Shown one piece after another: positions 7,591-14,456 of a stretch of DNA of 32,000 nucleotides. This stretch comes from Clostridia bacterium (lineage in GTDB: Bacteria; Bacillota; Clostridia; TANB77; CAG-465). Below the pieces are notes generated by a model, which did not search any database, was not told the origin of the DNA, and was given only the letters and a program-made list of their open reading frames with translations. A program made the position numbers and the translations under genes. The DNA is taken from assembly GCA_026415435.1 (NCBI GenBank), contig JAOAHC010000001.1:36273-68272 (forward strand), given 5' to 3'. Each line of letters begins with the position of its first letter. Position 1 is the stretch's first letter.

Positions 7591-9932
7591 TTAAAAAGCA
7601 TGAAGTTTTTTTATTTCTAATTTTTATTCTAATATTTTTGTCAAGAATATTTTTTATGAGGTATACTTTTAATTCTAAATATGTATCATCTAAATCAGCT
7701 TCGACTTTTTATGTTTTTGTTGAAAATATGTACAAAGTTGATGAAAATAAGGTGAGCTATTTAGTTAAACTAAAATATAAGTCAAAATACAAAGATTCCT
7801 TTATTTTGAGCATATATAAAGATAAGTATTCAAAGGAAAATATATCGTTAGAAGAATATATAAATTATAGATATGGAGATGTTTTAAAATTATCAGGAAA
7901 AATAGTGATACCACAGAATTTAAATAATGAATATGAATTTGATTATAAAAAATATCTGAATTCAAATAATATCTATGGACTTATAACTACATACAAAGTG
8001 GATAAAGTTGAAAATATAGTTGCAAATCCTTTAATTAAATCTATATTCTTATTTAAACAAAGTATTGCCATTAGGATAGATGAAAAATTACCAGATAAAG
8101 AGGCGGAACTTTTCAAAAGTATGTTATATGGTGATGATGTAAGATTAGATGAAAATATAAAAGAAGACTTTACGAGTATTGGAGTTCTACATATAGTTGC
8201 AGTTTCAGGCTCTAATGTATCAAGTTTACTCCTTATTGTATACTATATTCTAAATAATTTTAGACTCAAATCAAAAACCATACACATAATTTCACTTATC
8301 TTTGTTATATTTTTCTGTATATTTGCAAATAATGAAATATCAATTGTAAGAGCAAGTTTAGCTATAGTTATAACTACTTTAAGTGAGATATTTAATAAAT
8401 CTATAAGCAAATATAAAGTTATATTTTACACTAGTTTAGCAATACTGTTATATAATCCATATAGTATATTCAATATAAGCTTTTTATTATCCTACAGCGC
8501 TATAATAGGTATTACTGTATTCTATAAAGTAATATATAGTTTATTTAATAGATTAATTGCTGGAATTACGAAAGTAAACATACTGTACGCATTAAATAAT
8601 AGTAATAAAAGCATAAAACTTAAAGTAATGTATAGTATTTTAAACTATATTAATCTACTTTTTTCAATATCGCTTTCTTCTCAAATATTCGTTTTGCCAA
8701 TACAAATTTACTATTTTAATACATTTCAATTTGCATCTATAATTTCAAATATATTAGTTGTATCAATAGCTTCTTTAATTCAAATTACCGGATTTATAGC
8801 TATCTTTTTAATATATGTTCCGTTTATATCAGATATTTTTCTAAACTTTGAATATGCACTACTTAGACTAATAATTAGTATGAGTGAAATAATATCAAGA
8901 TCAAATATGCCAGTCTTAAATTTACCCTCACCAAACATATTGACTATAGTACTATATTATTTCTACATATTCCTAAAACTACTGAAATTTAGATTAGAAA
9001 AAAAGCTTAAATCATATAAATTTAGATTTGTTTTAAAAAGGAAAAACATTCTCATTTTAAGTAAAATACAGATAAAAAGATTATTACTCATTTTAAAAAT
9101 ATGTATTGTAGTATGCATCATATATTTCTACATATATACTATAAACTTTGAAAAATACATATACTATTTTAATGTTGGACAAGGTAATATGGCATTAATA
9201 CATTACAATAAGTTAAATATTATAATTGACATAGGATCAACCACAGAAAATGTTGCAAGTGGCGTTCTTAGAAGTTTTTTAAAAGCAAAAGGTATTAATA
9301 GAATTGATACTATTTTAATTACTCATTTTCACGCAGATCATTCAAACGGATATAATAAAATATCAAATGAGTTTAAAATCTCAAATAATATTTATTCAGT
9401 TCCTAAAGTGAAAAATGTTGAGCTTTTTGAACAGATAAAAAAGATAAATGAGGAGAAAAATATAAGCTCTGTAGAGGTAAATAGATATGATAATATTAGT
9501 TTGGGAAATGGTATAGAAATGATAATTTTATCCCCACCAAATAGTCATCCAATATATTCAAGTGATGTATTAAATTCAAATTCAATTTCACTTATTCTAA
9601 GCATAAAAGATAAAAACTTTTTATTTATGGGGGACTGTACAAAAGAAACGGAAAAAGATATGTTCGATGATTTAAATAAAAGAGATAATATTAATAAAGA
9701 TAAAATAATGGAGATATTAAAAAATATTAAGATCATTCAAATCGGACATCATGGTTCAAAAACTTCAACCTCAGAATATCTTTTAAAAAATGTAAGTGCT
9801 AAAGAGGCTGTTATTTCATCGAGTAAAAAAGTTTATGGTCATCCAGATGAAACAACGGTAAAAATTCTGCAAAAGTATGGATTAAATATAAAAATTACAG
9901 AAAAAGAAGGAGGAATTAAAATAAAATTATAA
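7566..9932 (+). CDS. comEC: DNA internalization-related competence protein ComEC/Rec2
   Basis: 788 aa. N-terminal TM helix plus an OB-like region, a large polytopic membrane domain, and a C-terminal metallo-beta-lactamase domain with HFHADHSNG and GHHGSKTS motifs. The start is uncertain: there is no SD and the ATG lies inside a hairpin. Confidence 0.85.
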   Translation: MKYTFFSFIKKHEVFLFLIFILIFLSRIFFMRYTFNSKYVSSKSASTFYVFVENMYKVDENKVSYLVKLKYKSKYKDSFILSIYKDKYSKENISLEEYINYRYGDVLKLSGKIVIPQNLNNEYEFDYKKYLNSNNIYGLITTYKVDKVENIVANPLIKSIFLFKQSIAIRIDEKLPDKEAELFKSMLYGDDVRLDENIKEDFTSIGVLHIVAVSGSNVSSLLLIVYYILNNFRLKSKTIHIISLIFVIFFCIFANNEISIVRASLAIVITTLSEIFNKSISKYKVIFYTSLAILLYNPYSIFNISFLLSYSAIIGITVFYKVIYSLFNRLIAGITKVNILYALNNSNKSIKLKVMYSILNYINLLFSISLSSQIFVLPIQIYYFNTFQFASIISNILVVSIASLIQITGFIAIFLIYVPFISDIFLNFEYALLRLIISMSEIISRSNMPVLNLPSPNILTIVLYYFYIFLKLLKFRLEKKLKSYKFRFVLKRKNILILSKIQIKRLLLILKICIVVCIIYFYIYTINFEKYIYYFNVGQGNMALIHYNKLNIIIDIGSTTENVASGVLRSFLKAKGINRIDTILITHFHADHSNGYNKISNEFKISNNIYSVPKVKNVELFEQIKKINEEKNISSVEVNRYDNISLGNGIEMIILSPPNSHPIYSSDVLNSNSISLILSIKDKNFLFMGDCTKETEKDMFDDLNKRDNINKDKIMEILKNIKIIQIGHHGSKTSTSEYLLKNVSAKEAVISSSKKVYGHPDETTVKILQKYGLNIKITEKEGGIKIKL

Positions 9933-9985
9933 ACTAATGTATATATAAAGCAAAATATGGAAAAAATATAACAAAAGGTGATGTT

Positions 9986-10576
9986 ATGAATAGAAAGAAA
10001 GTTTATAGGATTATAGTTGCATCTTTAGCTGTTATATTACTTTCCGTAGGACTATATATAGGACTTCAGTTATCAAAAAAGGTTCAAAAACAACCAGAGC
10101 CAGTTTCTGAAGTTATAAACAAAAATGATAATAATAACAATGTTAATGTGTATGTTGATGAAAATGACAAGAAAACTGACATAGAATTAGTTTATGAAGA
10201 CTACTATAAAGTATGTAAAAAAACAATAACTGATTCAAACATGGTTTATGGAATTAGTTTAAATGAATTAAAAGAACGTGAAACAGAAAAAAACAGAAAA
10301 GATAGTAAAGATTATCAGGTAGTATCAGAGACTCCTACAAAGATTGTATTTAGAAGAGAGCTTGATCAATATTGCCCAGAGCATTATGAAATTAAGTTGG
10401 AAAATGGAAAAGTAGTTATATATAACATAGTGAGTGAAGGTGTAAAGACGCTATACAAAGAAACGGATATATATGAAACTGGACTTAGACCTGAGGTAAT
10501 CGAGGACTTAATGGAAGGTAAGAAGGTTGATTCAAAAGAAGAACTAAATTTATTTATAGAAGATATTGAAAGCTAA
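9986..10576 (+). CDS. membrane-anchored protein; C-terminus resembles the BofC C-terminal domain
   Basis: N-terminal TM helix (IIVASLAVILLSVGLYIGL). The C-terminal segment HYEIKLENGKVVIYNIVSEG...TDIYETGLRPEVIEDLMEGKKVDSKEELNLFIEDIES resembles BofC_C-type domains, recalled from memory. AAAGGTGA RBS. Confidence 0.4.
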   Translation: MNRKKVYRIIVASLAVILLSVGLYIGLQLSKKVQKQPEPVSEVINKNDNNNNVNVYVDENDKKTDIELVYEDYYKVCKKTITDSNMVYGISLNELKERETEKNRKDSKDYQVVSETPTKIVFRRELDQYCPEHYEIKLENGKVVIYNIVSEGVKTLYKETDIYETGLRPEVIEDLMEGKKVDSKEELNLFIEDIES

Positions 10577-10589
10577 AAATGAAAAAATA

Positions 10590-10630
10590 AATAGACTTTA
10601 TACTTTAATGTAGTATAAGGTCTATTTTTG
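10590..10630 (+). terminator. rho-independent terminator
   Basis: 15-bp stem AATAGACTTTATACT / AGTATAAGGTCTATT with one G-U pair, loop TTAATGT, then a T-run. Confidence 0.75.
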
Positions 10631-10682
10631 TAAATAGTTTAAGAAACGTGTTGTAGAATAACGTCTACATTTATCGATATAA

Positions 10683-10711
10683 TTGACATTGCATTGCATA
10701 TCACATAAAAT
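10683..10711 (+). promoter_or_regulatory. candidate promoter of the RHS-type locus
   Basis: TTGACA (10683-10688), 17-nt spacer, TAAAAT (10706-10711). Confidence 0.45.
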
Positions 10712-10728
10712 TTGTCCAGGTGATATAT

Positions 10729-12752
10729 ATGTATAAAAAATTATGGTGTAAAGGTCTACTAGTTATGGTTATAGTATCTATGATAACTAGCCTATTTCCA
10801 GTACAGTTACTAGCAAATAGCGAGGTAGTTGTTAACACTGAAAGTAAAGTAGACGATAGTACTAAAACTAATGAAAGTAATGAAAAAGTGGAAAGAAAAA
10901 ATTAAGGGTGAAATTGTAAGCAAAAGGACTAGAAATATAAAAGAGTTCTTAAATACGGATAATTCGGTTACGGCTGCAATTTATCCATATGCAGTTCACT
11001 ATCTAAAAGATGGTAAACTAGTTGATATTGATAACAGTCTAGTTGAAAGTACAGATTCTCAAGGTGAGAAAATAAGTAAAATCAAATCAAATAGTTTCAA
11101 AGCTGAGTTTTCAAATAAATCAAAAGATAATAAACTTATATCTTTATCGAGTGATAAGATAAGTTTAAGTTGGTCTTTGCAAGGTGCAAATAAAGTAGAT
11201 AAAGAAAATATTGAACTTAAAGCAGCAAAAGAAGATGCAGATGATCAAGAAGAGATGTTTGTAAAAAACATAGCTACAGGTCTTAGGTATAAAGATATCT
11301 TAAAAGATGTAGATGTTGAATACATTGTTGAGTCTGAAAGTATAAAAGAAAATATTGTTTTAAAAAGTACACAAGCTATTCAAAATAAGTATGTATTTAA
11401 TTTAGATATAGGTAATTTTGAAGCAAAATTAAATGAAGATAAAAGTATCTCTATATATAACGATAAAGATGAATCTGTTTCAAAAATAGAGTCTCCATTT
11501 ATGTATGATTCAAAGTTAGAATTTAGTGATAAAATATATGTAAAATTAAACAAAGTAAAAAGTGTATATACGCTTGAATTAATACCAGATAAAACTTGGT
11601 TAAATTCAAGTGAAAGAGTGTTTCCAGTTACTATAGATCCAACAGTAATGACATCTCTATATTATCAAGAGATACAAGATACTTTCATATATTCTGGTGA
11701 TGGTGGAAAGCAAACTAAAACGATACATAGCAAGGGGTATAAGGACTGAGAAGATAGTAGATGGTATAGAAACTAAATACTATCTTGACGGTGACAAAGT
11801 CATTTACGAGACAACTGGAACAAACACACTGTATTATACATATGATGCCCAAGATAGTTTGATAGGCTTTAAATATAACAATACACAATATTACTATATA
11901 TGTAATGGACAATCAGACATAATTGTAATACTTGACAACAGCTTAACACAAGTGATATCATATAGTTACGATAGTTGGGGTAAAATCGTAAGTATCAAGG
12001 ACGGTACAGGTACTGATGTGACTAGTGATCCTACAAGCATAGGAAATATTAGTCCTTACAAATATCGTGGATACAGATATGATAATGAAACCGGAATGTA
12101 TTACTTACAAAGTCGTTACTATAACCCAGAGTTTGGACGTATCATAAATGCAGATGGGGTTAGTGGACAATTAGGCATATTGTTATCACATAATCTATTC
12201 GCATATTGCTTAAATAATCCAGTAAATATGTATGATCCATCAGGTTATTTAACTATATCAATATTTACACTTAGAGTTGTAGATGCAGTCAATTTCTTAA
12301 TGAATGGACCAGCAGCATTACCACAACCAAAATCAGTAGTAGAAAAGGTTGTTATTCAAGTTTATAAACCTAACCCTCAATATACAAACACAGTTAAGAA
12401 AAGTACAGATGGTATTTATAATGTTACTACAAAAATTAAAGATACAAATTATAATTATGAAATAAGTTCAGCAGGTGTAGTATCTTTTAATTTTACTATA
12501 AATACTAATCAAAAAAGTGATAGAAATAAATTAGTTAATGCAATGTACGACACTACTAAAAGTATAAATAAGGATTGGTTAAAGTGAAGAACTATACCCA
12601 GAATGGAAGCAGAATTACAATTACATTATACAGCTTATAAATTTGGATTTGCCAAAAATAGAAGCAGAATTGCAGATATGGGAACTTACAAAAAAGGAGA
12701 TGGCTATGATAATAATGCTTGGTTATTTCAAGCTTTTGGAATACTTTATTAA
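10729..12752 (+). pseudogene. decayed WapA/RHS-family polymorphic toxin gene (frameshift, internal deletion and in-frame stop)
   Basis: Four collinear pieces. (i) 10729-10905: signal peptide MYKKLWCKGLLVMVIVSMITSLFPVQLLA/NSE, with AGGTGA RBS, ending after an A6 run (10896-10901). (ii) A shifted frame runs to 11749 and encodes a WapA/RHS-type N-terminal region (...FPVTIDPTVMTS...QDTFIYSGDGG). (iii) The frame 11697-12587 encodes the last YD repeats plus the RHS core: YSYDSWGKIV...YRYDNETGMYYLQSRYYNPEFGRIINADG...NLFAYCLNNPVNMYDPSGY. (iv) TGA at 12585-12587 is followed by 54 further in-frame codons up to TAA 12750-12752. Confidence 0.8.
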
Positions 12753-12768
12753 TTAGGAAGGTGATTTT

Positions 12769-13104
12769 ATGAAAAAAATAAATAAATATATAGTAATAAT
12801 TTCAATATTAATACTATTTTTAATTGTATATTCTATAATACAATATCATATAACAATAGAGCCAATAGATAAACCCGAAACTAATAAATGGTTAGAATAC
12901 TCTTTTGAAACATTTTATGATGGATTATTGATAGGAATTATTCCTTTGAGTATTATGTATATTTTTTCAAGGTTAATATATTCTTTTGTGACCAATCAAA
13001 AAGGATATAAATTAGAGATGATTTTTCTTGTTTTTATTTTAATTATAATCATTATTAGTATCATTTCGGGTTTTTATGTATATATGGTTGGACCTCAATG
13101 GTAA
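12769..13104 (+). CDS. small integral membrane protein (111 aa), candidate cognate immunity protein
   Basis: Starts 17 nt after the toxin-remnant stop with a GGAAGGTGA RBS. About 3 hydrophobic helices. The immunity call rests on position only. Followed by a terminator. Confidence 0.5.
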   Translation: MKKINKYIVIISILILFLIVYSIIQYHITIEPIDKPETNKWLEYSFETFYDGLLIGIIPLSIMYIFSRLIYSFVTNQKGYKLEMIFLVFILIIIIISIISGFYVYMVGPQW

Positions 13105-13119
13105 TATTACGACAATTCA

Positions 13120-13152
13120 GATAGTCAGATAAAACTGGCTATCTTTTGCTTT
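13120..13152 (+). terminator. rho-independent terminator
   Basis: 9-bp stem GATAGTCAG / CTGGCTATC with one G-U pair, loop ATAAAA, then TTTTGCTTT. Confidence 0.6.
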
Positions 13153-13172
13153 AAAATACACACAAAACACCA

Positions 13173-13213
13173 CCTTCACTACTGCAAAATTTTCGAGCGT
13201 GCAGTAGTGGAGG
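13173..13213 (-). terminator. probable terminator for the minus-strand gene 13287-13790
   Basis: 14-bp stem CCTTCACTACTGCA / TGCAGTAGTGGAGG with one wobble and a 13-nt loop. On the minus strand it is followed by GTGTTTTGTGTGTATTTT. Confidence 0.5.
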
Positions 13214-13286
13214 CGTATATTATTCTAATATATAATAAATTAAAGATTTCTCCATATAATATTTACTTTTAATAAAATGTTTTATT

Positions 13287-13790
13287 TTATGGATTACAAA
13301 CGCTGCAGGCATCATATCCTTCTGATATAGCTAGGTTTAAGGTTGTTGATATGCGACTTTGTCTTAAATATCTACATCCACTTTTATGATATTTTGAACC
13401 TGTTTTTGTAATATATACTGTATAATTTTTCTCATCCAAATTACCGACATATTCGTTAGTACTTTTATCTTGCTCAGGACTTAGATTAACTGAAGAATTA
13501 GTTTCTATGTTTGGTTTTAAATCTATTTTGGTATTTAAATTATAAGATGTGTTAGTATCTGTGTGTACAACAATATTATTTTTAATATTTGAAGCTAAGT
13601 TATTATCTATATTTTTTTTACTATAATAATAAAAGCTGGAACCTAAAGAACCAAAAATTAATAAAACTATTATAATAGTAGGAATATAAGATAGATTTGA
13701 TACCTTTTGATCTTTATTGGATTTTTTTATTTTTTTGTCTATTGTATAAATAGTATTATTACGAATTATATACTTTTTTAAAATATTCAT
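13287..13790 (-). CDS. membrane-anchored hypothetical protein with a C-terminal His/Cys zinc-ribbon-like module
   Basis: TM helix IPTIIIVLLIFGSLGSSFYYY. C-terminus YITKTGSKYHKSGCRYLRQSRISTTLNLAISEGYDACSVCNP, giving H-x3-C-x22-C-x2-C. AAAGG RBS. Confidence 0.55.
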   Translation of the reverse strand: MNILKKYIIRNNTIYTIDKKIKKSNKDQKVSNLSYIPTIIIVLLIFGSLGSSFYYYSKKNIDNNLASNIKNNIVVHTDTNTSYNLNTKIDLKPNIETNSSVNLSPEQDKSTNEYVGNLDEKNYTVYITKTGSKYHKSGCRYLRQSRISTTLNLAISEGYDACSVCNP

Positions 13791-14029
13791 AATACATTAA
13801 CCTTTCAATAAGATTATATATAATAATTACATATTTTCTTGTTTTATTTTGTAGAGAGCAAGATATATAATAATTATTATTATACATCTTCATTTTATAT
13901 GTCATTTTAAACTAAGAAGGTAGTTAAGAAAAGGTATAAAAATTTATAAGTAATTTATGCAGATATCTGATTCAATAACACTGAACTTTGTAAAAAATTA
14001 TGAAAATATTTCTCGAATTCATGAATTTG

Positions 14030-14058
14030 TTGACAAATTACATAAAATATGCTATAAT
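14030..14058 (+). promoter_or_regulatory. perfect consensus sigma-A promoter with extended -10
   Basis: TTGACA (14030-14035), 17-nt spacer, TGcTATAAT (14050-14058). No ORF follows directly. Confidence 0.7.
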
Positions 14059-14063
14059 ATCTA

Positions 14064-14286
14064 TATAGTTAGAAATAACTAATAATATTGTTAATATGAA
14101 GTATAAGTGTTGTTGTCTGCAATACAATATGCTTTAAAAGTAATTATTCAAACCATACGATAGAATTTAATATCGCGGTTAAGGCGATGCGATTATATAT
14201 ACGCAATATACAATAAGGCACAAATTTATATTAATAGAATTATAGAAGAGATTTAAGAAGAAATTTTTAAATCCCTTTTTTATTTT
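14064..14286 (+). promoter_or_regulatory. candidate structured 5' leader (attenuator/riboswitch-like) or independent small RNA, class unknown
   Basis: Bounded by the consensus promoter and an intrinsic terminator. It contains a relatively GC-rich core at 14151-14204 with mutually exclusive hairpins. There is no long ORF on either strand. Confidence 0.35.
14247..14286 (+). terminator. AT-rich intrinsic terminator inside the long intergenic region
   Basis: Stem AGAGATTTAA (14247-14256) / TTAAATCCCT (14267-14276) with one A-C mismatch, followed by TTTTTATTTT. Confidence 0.45.
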
Positions 14287-14456
14287 ATAAAAGTTATTTT
14301 TCAAGAGTAAAAATACTAATATATATTAATAATAACAACTAAAGGAAATATTAAAATAATCTTTTAAAAAACAAATAATGTAATTTAAAATATAATTTCC
14401 TATTGAAAATATATACAATATATAGTAATATATAAGATATAAAAAGGAGAATACAT

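Noticed and set aside
12585-12587. In-frame TGA in the toxin C-terminal domain as selenocysteine or programmed read-through
   Set aside because: No SECIS-like hairpin follows the codon. The gene already has a frameshift and a large deletion, so a nonsense mutation in a pseudogene is the simpler explanation.
14064-14286. Possible c-di-GMP (GEMM-I or class II) riboswitch upstream of the pilin-like gene
   Set aside because: I could not find the conserved GEMM-I elements (GGCAAACC...GAAA...ACGCAAAGC) or the class II elements (CGGAAAC...GGGCAC...GCAACCGRCC). Only the general promoter-structure-terminator layout is reported. An Infernal scan is needed.
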